From Rhynchobatus australiae (taxonomy: Eukaryota), in assembly GCA_034780895.1 (NCBI GenBank), contig JAUZTB010000087.1, positions 79,054,174 through 79,117,816 on the forward strand: a stretch of 63,643 bases of DNA, in the 5' to 3' direction. The first letter of the stretch is position 1, and each line of letters starts with the position of its first letter. The position numbers and the translations under genes are program-made. The notes below the pieces were generated by a model that was not told the DNA's origin, searched no databases, and saw only the letters and a list, made by a program, of their open reading frames with translations. Positions 53,310 through 63,140 of the stretch are shown here, piece by piece.

Positions 53310-56273
53310 ATGGACATTCACGAGAACTCTGAAACCAAAATATATAATGTAGATGGTAATGTGGATACAAATCTTTTCCCAGAAATTAACCATTGTGAGT
53401 ATTATAATGAAGAACAATTTAATAATAATAAAATGTTAACTGGAGGTCTATCTATAATTCATTTTAATAGTAGAAGTATGAATGCAAATTTATCAAAAAT
53501 AACAGACTATTTAAAACAGTTAAACAGACGTTTTAATATAATAGCAGTTTCAGAAACATGGTTCAATAATGAAAATATCACTAGTGTACAAATAGAAGGA
53601 TACGAACTATATCACATGAATAGAAGCAATAAAAGAGGTGGGGGAGTTGCATTGTTTATCAATTCGGAAATAAAATGTAGGGTTAAGGATAGTATGTCAA
53701 CAGTCATTGATGGTGTGATGGAGATGATTACTATTGAAATATTAATCGAGAACTCTAAGAATATAATAATCAGTTGTGTGTATCGTTCACCAGGCACAAA
53801 TATAGAGCTATTTTCTGATAAAATCATGGAGCTCTTCGACATGAATAACAACAAAACGGTTTTTTTGTGTGGTGATTTTAATATCGATTTGGCAAATCAA
53901 ACTGATTCAAATATTATGTTTCTAAACACAATGTTCAGTTTGGGTCTCTATCCTTTAATATCGAAACCAACAAGAATAACAACACAAACTGCAACAGTGA
54001 TTGATAATATTTTTACTAATGTCAGAAATGGAGAGGTATTGAGTGGGCTTTTGGTAACAGATATAAGTGATCATTTACCTGTCTTTACTTTTTATAAACA
54101 TTATCAATGTACCAAACCTACAGTTAAAACAAATAAGATAATGATAAACACATCAAAAAAAGCTTTGGATAAATTGAAAGAGGACTTAAAAAAACAAAAC
54201 TGGCAGGATGTGTATGTTGGTGATGTGAATAGAGCAAATGAGGTGTTTATGAATATTTTGGGAACTCTGTACAAAAAGAATTGTGTGCAAAAAACATTTG
54301 TAAGGAAAGATGTTGTTGACAAACCGTGGATGACTAAAGGGTTGAAAAATGCTTGTAAAAAAAAGAACCATTTGTATTCATGCTTTTTGAAATTAAGAAC
54401 AAAAGAAGCAGAAGTTAGATACAAGACATACAAAAATAAGTTGGTATGGATTATAAGAAAACATAAGAAGGAATATTATAGTGATTTATTAAATAAAAAT
54501 AATGGTGATATGAAAGCAACATGGAGAATAATGAACAGTGTTTTAAATAATCATAAAGGGAAATCAAATATTCCACAATATTTTGTAAAAGATAACAAGG
54601 AAATCCATGATCAAAGTGAAATAACAAATGAATTTAATCATTATTATGTAAATGTTGGTCCAAATCTTGCAGCAAGAATACCAAAGGTTGACGGTGATGT
54701 GAGTCATACAGTCAGGGGTTGTGTCAACAGCATCTTTCTTGGAGAAATTGATAAAGAAGAAATATTGAGTATTGTAAAAGAATTTGCAGATAAAAAGTCA
54801 AAAGATTGGATTAACATGGATATGATGGTAGTGAAGGAGATAATTGGTTATGTTATTGAGCCATTTACATATATATGCAATTTATCATTTTCAACAGGTA
54901 TTTTTCCAGATGACATGAAAATAGCTAAGGTAATTCCTATCTATAAAAATGGTGAAAAATGTGTGTTTAACAATTACAGACCAATATCCTTGCTGCCACA
55001 GTTTTCTAAAATTTTAGAGAAATTATTTGTGACAAGATTGGACAAATTCATCAATAAACAAAATATTTTAAGTAATAGTCAATACGGTTTTAGAACAAAA
55101 AACTCCACAGCAATGGCTCTCATGGAATTGATTGAACAAATAACAACCGCTGTTGATCAAAAGCAGTATTGTGCAAGCATTTTTGTTGATTTAAAAAAAG
55201 CATTTGACACTATTGACCATAGTATTCTCCTTGAAAAGTTAAATAAATATGGTATTAGAGGACAGGCATTACAGTGGATATCTAGCTATTTGAAAGATAG
55301 GAAACAGTTTGTGGAGATAAATGGAGTAAGATCTGAACTAAGTAACATAACATGTGGTGTTCCTCAGGGTTCGGTACTAGGACCAAAGTTGTTTATATTG
55401 TATGTGAATGATTTGGTTAATGTGTCAGAGTTTTTCAAATGTGTATTATTTGCAGATGACACTACATTTTTTTGTTTGGGTAAAGATATGAAACAGATGT
55501 TGGAAATGATGCAAACAGAGTTTGTTAAAATACAAACTTGGTTTAGCCTTAATAAATTATCATTGAATTTGGAGAAAACTAATTATATGGTATTTAATAA
55601 TAGAAATAAAATTATTGATGTTCCTTTTAGAGTTGATGGGGTTGAGATTTGTAAAGTCAGTGAGGTGAAGTTTTTGGGTGTAGTGATTGATGAGGGGCTG
55701 ACATGGAGACCTCACATAAATTATTTAAAGACAAAGATGGCTAAATCTATTGGTGTTCTGTATAAAGTGAGGGAGTTATTTAATGATAAAGCTCTGTATA
55801 TGTTGTATAATGCAATAATAGTTCCACACTTGGTTTATTGTGTTGAAGTCTGGGGGAAAGCCTGTAAGACAATTATAAATCCTGTTTTTGTGTTGCAGAA
55901 AAGAGCTGTGAGAATTATTACTGGAAAACATTGTCGTCACCCATCAAATGTATTATTTCATAAATTGAAAATATTGAAGTTCTTTGATTTGGTTGATTAT
56001 TATATTCTATTGGTTATGTATAAGGCCCACATAAACACATTACCTTTAAACATACAAGTAAATTTTGTAAAAAGAAAGAGTTGTTATAACCTTAAAGGAA
56101 CAGAGATATTTGTAAAACCCAAATTCAGAACTAGTCTAAAGGAACGGTGTACTTTAATTCAAGGAATAAAACTATGGAATAATTTGGGGAGTGATGTGAA
56201 AAATGCAGGATCACTGTGTACGTTTAAGAAAATGATAAAAGTTAGATTGTTAAAGAAATACGAAACAATATAA
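53310..56273 (+). CDS. LINE ORF2 (987 aa): apurinic-like endonuclease plus reverse transcriptase
   Basis: APE motifs NSRS, SETW, GGGV, YRSP, GDFN, IDNIF and SDHLP; RT motifs DLKKAFDTIDH, GVPQGSVLGP, FADD and KFLGV; no stops or frameshifts. Confidence 0.96.
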   Translation: MDIHENSETKIYNVDGNVDTNLFPEINHCEYYNEEQFNNNKMLTGGLSIIHFNSRSMNANLSKITDYLKQLNRRFNIIAVSETWFNNENITSVQIEGYELYHMNRSNKRGGGVALFINSEIKCRVKDSMSTVIDGVMEMITIEILIENSKNIIISCVYRSPGTNIELFSDKIMELFDMNNNKTVFLCGDFNIDLANQTDSNIMFLNTMFSLGLYPLISKPTRITTQTATVIDNIFTNVRNGEVLSGLLVTDISDHLPVFTFYKHYQCTKPTVKTNKIMINTSKKALDKLKEDLKKQNWQDVYVGDVNRANEVFMNILGTLYKKNCVQKTFVRKDVVDKPWMTKGLKNACKKKNHLYSCFLKLRTKEAEVRYKTYKNKLVWIIRKHKKEYYSDLLNKNNGDMKATWRIMNSVLNNHKGKSNIPQYFVKDNKEIHDQSEITNEFNHYYVNVGPNLAARIPKVDGDVSHTVRGCVNSIFLGEIDKEEILSIVKEFADKKSKDWINMDMMVVKEIIGYVIEPFTYICNLSFSTGIFPDDMKIAKVIPIYKNGEKCVFNNYRPISLLPQFSKILEKLFVTRLDKFINKQNILSNSQYGFRTKNSTAMALMELIEQITTAVDQKQYCASIFVDLKKAFDTIDHSILLEKLNKYGIRGQALQWISSYLKDRKQFVEINGVRSELSNITCGVPQGSVLGPKLFILYVNDLVNVSEFFKCVLFADDTTFFCLGKDMKQMLEMMQTEFVKIQTWFSLNKLSLNLEKTNYMVFNNRNKIIDVPFRVDGVEICKVSEVKFLGVVIDEGLTWRPHINYLKTKMAKSIGVLYKVRELFNDKALYMLYNAIIVPHLVYCVEVWGKACKTIINPVFVLQKRAVRIITGKHCRHPSNVLFHKLKILKFFDLVDYYILLVMYKAHINTLPLNIQVNFVKRKSCYNLKGTEIFVKPKFRTSLKERCTLIQGIKLWNNLGSDVKNAGSLCTFKKMIKVRLLKKYETI

Positions 56274-56424
56274 ATTTTGTTCTAGGGGGATTAGATGATC
56301 GCGTCTTTTGTTTTGTTAATGACATAGATTTTTGTGTTATGAACTGATTCTTGGAGAAAGGGGCAGATATTATAAGATTTTTTTCTTCTCTCTGCTGCCT
56401 TTCATTTCATTTTGTTTTGGGATT

Positions 56425-56517
56425 TTGATATATATACATATATGTTTTTCTTTTTGTTTTTATTGTATATTGATATATATACATATATGTTTTTCTTTTT
56501 GTTTTTATTGTATATTG
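56425..56517 (+). repeat. Perfect 45-bp tandem duplication in the LINE 3' UTR
   Basis: ttgatatatatacatatatgtttttctttttgtttttattgtata occurs at 56425-56469 and again at 56470-56514. Confidence 0.9.
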
Positions 56518-57744
56518 TATATAAAATTATTTGTTTGGTTTTTAATGAAATGAATAAACATTTAAATAAAAAAAAAACTCAGAAAGGTCAAACTATGCAT
56601 GTTCAAGCAAGTTGAAAGGAACAGGCATTCTTCTCGTCTTCCAACCAGCACTTCCCTTCAGTTTGCACAAGTTATTACTGCCCAGAGATGGTGTTCACAG
56701 CATCAATCAACACCAGAGGCCATCTGGCCCATCAGAAGCATACTGATTCTTTGAAAGAGCTACCAAACCCATCCCACACTCCTCCATGCTTCGGTATTAG
56801 TTTCCCTCAATTCTACATTAAACATTGCAACTTGTCATTAGCAAGGCGTAAAATGCTACACGTCCCCAAAACATGGAACTGTGCAACAGGGAGACCATCA
56901 TCAGGCATTAGAAAATCCCAGTTTTCCCAATGCAGCATTATTTTCAATATTAAAATCCCATCGTTTTCTCAGTGGAACAAGAAACCCCATTACATTGAGA
57001 AAATGTTATCCAAGCCTTAGTGAGTAAACTGTGACTGGGTTTCACTTCAAAAGAACAGCAGTCCTGGAATTTGCTAAGAAACGTAGATGAAACTGGCATT
57101 GCACTGAAATTTGACTGAAAGCCACTTCTGAGTTGACGTGGATAAGCAGAGGTTGCTGTCAGCAGACTGGGCTGTGACACAGGAGTCACTGTGGGGTTCA
57201 GCACGGTGGAAGAAAGTTGCTGACGTTCACCAGCCCACGAGCTGGGGAACCTGCTCAAGGCTGATGTCCAAGAGAATGCTTCCAGTGAAGGCAAAGTGAA
57301 GGGAAATGGCACGTTTTGGTTCATAATAGATTGTTGTTATTGTTTTAACATTAAGCATTTTTGATTTTAAATCTGTTTGCAAGAACTTTAATAGCTTTTG
57401 AACATTTCTGAAGGTCGAAACATTCCAACTTTGCCAACTCCAGGGCAGCTAGGGGACAAAGTTTAGCTGGCTGTCACTTTTTTGCTGGCAGGAATTGTTT
57501 TCTGTGCCACACACGGAAAGCCCCAACGCTGCCTGTGAGGGATTGGTCGGTGGCTTTCCCCTCAAGTTCTCCCTGAGAGGATCGTCTGAGATACATACAT
57601 AATGTGCTTTGGAAGGCAGTGGCAAGCATGGGCAGCTGTTGCCAGCATGTGCCTCAATACATTCAGCTTAGCAATATGACACTATTTCAGTAGTGGTAAT
57701 AATTCCTTCATATAGAATGTTACTAAGCAAAATTTAAATTAAAT

Positions 57745-57993
57745 TTTTTTTTAAATTTTGAATTTTATTTACAGCGTGGTAACAGGCCCTTCCGGCCCAA
57801 CGAGTCCGCGCCGCCCATTTTAAACCCCATATTAACCTGTCCGTACGTCTTTAGAGTGATGGAGGAAACCGGAGCACCCGGAGGAAACCCACAAAGACAT
57901 GGGAGAACATACAAACTCCTTACAGGCAGCGACGGGAATCGAACCCGATCGCTGGCGATGTAATAGCGTCGCGCTAACCGCTATGCTACCGTG
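57745..57993 (-). mobile_element. Young CpG-rich V-SINE with a CR1-like tail and A-rich end
   Basis: acaggcccttccggcccaacgagtcc...cgtacgtcttt...ggaggaaaccggagcacccggaggaaacccac...gggaatcgaacccg...ctaaccgctatgctaccgtgc. Confidence 0.9.
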
Positions 57994-58125
57994 CTGGATC
58001 NNNNNNNNNNNNNNNNNNNNNNNNNNNNNNNNNNNNNNNNNNNNNNNNNNNNNNNNNNNNNNNNNNNNNNNNNNNNNNNNNNNNNNNNNNNNNNNNNNNN
58101 CGCGCTAACCGCTATGCTACCGTGC

Positions 58126-58413
58126 TGGATCCTGCGGCTCTACCACTGAAATATCCTAATAAGCTTTGGTTAACTCACCACTGACAAAAGTCAGAGAAAT
58201 GCTCAAATAAGTTTTAAAATTGCTTTAAAAATAGAAAAGCAATTTGATGGAGAACCTCCAGTGCTATGTGCCTGTGATGCTGCTACAAGAAAGTCATTGC
58301 ACCCGTGCATATGACAATAAACTCAATTTTGACTTTGAAGTCCTGGAAAGTTATCATAAACATTAAGTAAGCAAATGATTTAGTTGCACTTCTTATTGGG
58401 TCAGTGACCCAAA
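58126..58413 (+). repeat. Copy 1 of an approximately 290-bp direct repeat flanking the 150-bp POLA1 exon
   Basis: Aligns by eye with 58930-59225 (ccactgaaatatcct..ataagctttggttaactcaccactgacaaaagtcagagaa...). Confidence 0.9.
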
Positions 58414-58617
58414 TAAACTCTATAGATCAATTAAGTACCATTAACGTGGTGCCATCAGTGACAAAGACACTTCATTATTTCTCCAGTCAAATCCAAAAGG
58501 TACGACGTTCCTCTATTAATCTTCACGGCCACTCAGTATATTTGCATGCACAATAGAAACTCCAACTATCATGCTTTTTTTTAAAAGAAATAAACCAATA
58601 AAGAGACAGACAATTAC

Positions 58618-58767
58618 CTGCAAGTAGAGATCAGGGTTCAAGTCTGGCTGTTTCATCAGGTTTTTGACTTGCCGTCGTCTCTCCACCAATTTCCGGATTT
58701 CCTTGGGCAGAATACCCATCTCCTGATCTTGGTCTGGTATTTCAGGTATTTGTTCTGGTTCATCACC
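58618..58767 (-). CDS. POLA1: POLA1 coding exon (150 bp): [50 protein letters not shown]
   Basis: Overlaps ORF 58516..58719; TTTTTAG acceptor, GTAATT donor; phase 0-0. Confidence 0.96.
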
Positions 58768-58929
58768 CTAAAAAGGGAAAAATAATGTTATACGGAATAG
58801 AAGATACCGGATGCAGCCCACTGGCCAAACCTTCACCACATTCAGATCCACGAACCCGATCAGGATATCAACAGCCTGAGTGTCTTCCCAAGTGGAGCAG
58901 GCCTCGAACAGCAACTAGGCCTCACACAG

Positions 58930-59225
58930 TGGATCCTAATGTTTTGCCACTGAAATATCCTGATAAGCTTTGGTTAACTCACCACTGACAAAAGTCAGAG
59001 AAGTGCTCAAATAAGTTTTAAAATTCCTTTAAAAATACAAAAACAATTTGATGGAGAACCTCTAGTGCTATGTACCTGTGATGCTGCTACAAGAAAGTCT
59101 TTCATTGTACCCGTGCATATGATAATAAACTCAAATTTGACTTTGGATTCCTGGAAAGTTATCATAAACATTAGGAAAGTAAGCAAGTGATTCAGCTGTA
59201 CTTTTTACTGGGTCGGTCTCCCAAT
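58930..59225 (+). repeat. Copy 2 of the approximately 290-bp direct repeat
   Basis: Aligns with 58126-58413, with scattered substitutions and small indels. Confidence 0.9.
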
Positions 59226-60353
59226 TCAGATCAGAGCTGGCCCAGAACTGAGGGGCCAGATATTCATCAAGTTAGTGCTCTGCCGTTAGGCTCAGACCTG
59301 AATCCAGTGGCGGAGCAGAGGTTAAAATCATGGAATTATCCAACCCGCAGCTCATCTTGGATTTTCACGCCTGTGCAACAAAACATGGAAGTCGAAGATG
59401 AGCTGGCCAGCAAGGAGGAGATACGAGGTGGCTGCAGCCTAAATGCGAGCATGATACAACCCATTAATGTTTCAGATCTTGTGCTTGCTTCAAGAGAGTT
59501 GATGAGAAATAAATGGTCCTACTGCTTCAAGTGCCAACAAAACTGCTCCAAGTACTCTCACAGTGAAGAGATTTTTCAATAGAATTTCACCAGCTATCAA
59601 AGCATTTACCGAAATCAATACCATTCCCAATTGATAATATTGGCAAACAAAGTACATAAAATATGCGATATGCCTCCATAATGCATAGACAGTATAACAT
59701 GTATTTTTGGAGGTTGCTCAGAAAGTAATAAAATTAGTTACAATGAAATATAAATCAAATTTTAAATCTACAACCAGTAAGAGATGCATCCACTTTTTGC
59801 TATATTAATACTCCAGCAATAGAAACTAAGAAAATCATCACCTATTTGAACATTCTCATCAGGTTTCAGCACATTAAGGCTTATTCTCATTTCAATGAGC
59901 ATGACACTTGCTCATGGCAGATAGCGACAACAGAAAATAAGTGGCAATAAAAAAATAAGTTAACTGGGTAACATACCTTCAAGTAGCCCAGTAAACAGTC
60001 GTAATAGTAATAGAGATTTAAAAGTTAAAAAGCAATAAGGCTGCAGCACCAGTACCTCCCAAGACCATGAGCTGGGAGGTCCAGGCAGAATCGGATTTCT
60101 CAGATTCATTTAACTGAGAAATCCGAATAAAGGGCAGGTTAAAATTCTGTAATTTAGAAGTAGAGAAGGTGAGGGGGCAGAGGAGATTTACCAAGTTGGC
60201 ACGACCACAACTTCCCCTCCAGGATGCACACTGCCCTGCTTGGAAATATGTATTTGCTAGTCATGAATCACTAACAGGAATCATTAATAGGAAGGTCCCA
60301 TTCCATCTCTTCCAAATTTCACATGCACTAACCGTTGGAAACATTGCTCCTAC

Positions 60354-60478
60354 CTCCAGATTCCTCTGAGAATTTGAGGCAGTTCTCTCTACAGTGGTGA
60401 AACAGATATTGAATTCTTGAATGATTGAAGGATACAAACTATTGAAGTCAAGCAGCAGTATAAACTTATCATAGAAAC
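60354..60478 (-). CDS. POLA1: POLA1 coding exon (125 bp): (G)[41 protein letters not shown]
   Basis: Contains B-family motif A ([10 protein letters not shown]); poly-T tract with TAG acceptor and GTAGGA donor; not in the ORF track, read directly from the sequence. Confidence 0.97.
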
Positions 60479-61454
60479 CTAAAAAAAAAACAGATCAACA
60501 ATTATAAGCATCCAACTGTTCTACTAACACTGCTTTCAAATTAGAAACACAAATGAAGTTACAGAATAGATCGCCCAGAAGGGACTGAGCATCTTGTATT
60601 CCATTAGCAAGAAAGAGATGACAAACCTATGTCCTGATTGTGTGTTGGAAGTGGGGGATTCATTGAACTGAGAAATCCGAATAAAGGGCAGGTTAAAATT
60701 CTGTAATTTAGAAGTAGAGAAGGTGAGGGGGCAGAGGAGATTNNNNNNNNNNNNNNNNNNNNNNNNNNNNNNNNNNNNNNNNNNNNNNNNNNNNNNNNNN
60801 NNNNNNNNNNNNNNNNNNNNNNNNNNNNNNNNNNNNNNNNNNNNNNNNNNNNNNNNNNNNNNNNNNNNNNNNNNNNNNNNNNNNNNNNNNNNNNNNNNNN
60901 NNNNNNNNNNNNNNNNNNNNNNNNNNNNNNNNNNNNNNNNNNNNNNNNNNNNNNNNNNNNNNNNNNNNNNNNNNNNNNNNNNNNNNNNNNNNNNNNNNNN
61001 NNNNNNNNNNNNNNNNNNNNNNNNNNNNNNNNNNNNNNNNNNNNNNNNNNNNNNNNNNNNNNNNNNNNNNNNNNNNNNNNNNNNNNNNNNNNNNNNNNNN
61101 NNNNNNNNNNNNNNNNNNNNNNNNNNNNNNNNNNNNNNNNNNNNNNNNNNNNNNNNNNNNNNNNNNNNNNNNNNNNNNNNNNNNNNNNNNNNNNNNNNNN
61201 NNNNNNNNNNNNNNNNNNNNNNNNNNNNNNNNNNNNNNNNNNNNNNNNNNNNNNNNNNNNNNNNNNNNNNNNNNNNNNNNNNNNNNNNNNNNNNNNNNNN
61301 NNNNNNNNNNNNNNNNNNNNNNNNNNNNNNNNNNNNGTGACTAATAAAGATATCATCTTATCTAAAGGAGGTGTTGGGGAAAATCGTATGCAAAAAGATG
61401 AGAGGTTAAGGAGGAAAACAATGCAGTATAGTTTTATTCAATGGTTAAACTTAC

Positions 61455-61566
61455 CAACTTTGGGGTCCAAAACCAAACCACCGGCATAAGCTGCTTTTCT
61501 TCGACCTTTCTTAATTTTTCCCACATTTCCACCTCCACCATCAACGTGTTCCTCATCATCATCTAC
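61455..61566 (-). CDS. POLA1: DNA polymerase alpha catalytic subunit, coding exon (112 bp): [37 protein letters not shown](G)
   Basis: Manual minus-strand translation gives the conserved [11 protein letters not shown] motif; acceptor CCAG| and donor |GTAAGT; ends in phase 1, matching the next exon. Confidence 0.93.
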
Positions 61567-61898
61567 CTGGAAGCCCAAGAGTCAGAAAATGATCGTGTTT
61601 CCGACATTACATCAGCAACTGCACTTCAGAAATATTTGATTGTCAAAAGCAGTTTGGGATGTCCGGAGGCATCGAGAGTTCTTCCTTGAGAAACTGTTGC
61701 CACTTATATTTTTGTTGGTAAATTGCCAGAGTTTCAGAAAGCTTGAAAAAGTCGGTTTTGGTATATTGTGCCAGAAAAAAAAATTATTTTTAAAAATAAT
61801 CCTAAAACTGAGCACATATAACTTGCAAAAAATGGAAGAGAAACCTTGTAAGGCACATGCATCAGAAAATCANNNNNNNNNNNNNNNNNNNNNNNNNN

Positions 61899-61962
61899 TC
61901 ACAGTGCCCCAGGAGCACAATTCCACAGCTCCTCACAGTGCCCCAGGAGCACAATTCCACAG
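61899..61962. repeat. 34-bp minisatellite, about 2 copies visible, possibly continuing into the gap
   Basis: tcacagtgccccaggagcacaattccacag(ctcc) is repeated. Confidence 0.85.
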
Positions 61963-62294
61963 TTATTTACACTATCCTCTCAGCCGTCTCTCTGTGTCTA
62001 GAATTTTACTGCAGCATTATGACACCCAATTGCTTTCATATGAAATTGCCTGTCAATTGAAAATGGATTCATTCTGCCAGATTTCAGTATTCAAGTGATA
62101 TGTCATTGAAAGCACACTACAGCAGAACAATATAGGTACAGAAATAAAATACATACAGCACCCATCCACCCTATAATATTGATAGGATCTCTAGTTATTT
62201 CCTCATAAGCCATTTCATTCCATATTAAGCACAGAACGATCCCCAGACTGTGACCGTCAGGAATGGGCACATCCACTTCAGTTCTTTGTGGGAA

Positions 62295-62530
62295 AGGGAA
62301 TGGTAGCAGAGTGGTTATGTTATTGGACTGGTAATCCAGGAGACTGGGCTAGTGATTTAGAGACAAGTTAAAATCCCACCATGGTAATTAAGTAAATCTG
62401 GAATAAAAAGCTGATGGGTAAAAAAAACCTTTTGATGTGCTACCTTCTTCGAGGGAAGGAAAGTTGCTCTCCTACCAGGTTCAGTCTGCTTACTCTACCA
62501 TTACCATCAAGCTGAGGGATCAGTCCAATT
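62295..62530 (+). mobile_element. Old tRNA-derived SINE
   Basis: ggtagcagagtggttatgttattggactggtaatccagg...aaatcccaccatgg...aaatctggaataaaaagct...gggaaggaaa. Confidence 0.55.
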
Positions 62531-62549
62531 ATGTCAGCCCCAGAATATC

Positions 62550-62825
62550 ATAGAAATGGGTAGGCTATTTGGCCCTTTGTGCCTTTGCCACAAATCAAAA
62601 TTATCACGGTTGACCTTTTATCTCTGTGTATTTTCCACCATTTACATAATATCTAAAAACACAGCACAGAAACAGGGCTTCAGCCTGACTCATCCACGCA
62701 GACAGATGCCGGTATATGCTGATCCCATTTTCCTGCATATGGCTCAAATCCCTCTATTTCATTCCCATCTATGTACCTGCTGCTGACTGTGCTTCCACAG
62801 CCCTATTTGATAGAGAATTGCAAAG
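62550..62825 (-). mobile_element. CR1 3' end fragment(s)
   Basis: catagaaatgggtaggctatttggccc; acagcacagaaacagggcttcagcc; tccacagccctatttgatagagaattgcaaag. Confidence 0.5.
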
Positions 62826-63140
62826 NNNNNNNNNNNNNNNNNNNNNNNNNNNNNNNNNNNNNNNNNNNNNNNNNNNNNNNNNNNNNNNNNNNNNNNNNNN
62901 NNNNNNNNNNNNNNNNNNNNNNNNNNNNNNNNNNNNNNNNNNNNNNNNNNNNNNNNNNNNNNNNNNNNNNNNNNNNNNNNNNNNNNNNNNNNNNNNNNNN
63001 NNNNNNNNNNNNNNNNNNNNNNNNNNNNNNNNNNNNNNNNNNNNNNNNNNNNNNNNNNNNNNNNNNNNNNNNNNNNNNNNNNNNNNNNNNNNNNNNNNNN
63101 NNNNNNNNNNNNNNNNNNNNNNNNNNNNNNNNNNNNNNNN

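Larger units (their letters stand above)
52157..56577 (+). mobile_element. Chimeric element: Tc1 left end fused to a near-full-length LINE (CR1/L2 group, Crack-like), antisense in a POLA1 intron
   Basis: In order: TA plus Tc1-type TIR, 312-aa hybrid ORF1, 66-bp spacer, uninterrupted 987-aa ORF2, AT-rich 3' UTR with a stem-loop, AATAAA and an A-tail ending at 56577. Confidence 0.88.

Noticed and set aside
52934-54433. Minus-strand ORFs over the LINE
   Set aside because: Antisense shadows of ORF1/ORF2 with no recognisable protein signature.
57970-58130. Apparent second SINE head after the gap
   Set aside because: An exact repeat of about 30 bp on both sides of a 100-N gap is most simply an unmerged contig overlap.
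60479-61454. SCARNA23 (ACA12), hosted in a POLA1 intron in human
   Set aside because: I found no convincing H/ACA structure with the U6-Psi40 guide pair (TCTCTG...TCGTTC) on the minus strand. Much of this intron is a gap, so an Infernal search is needed.
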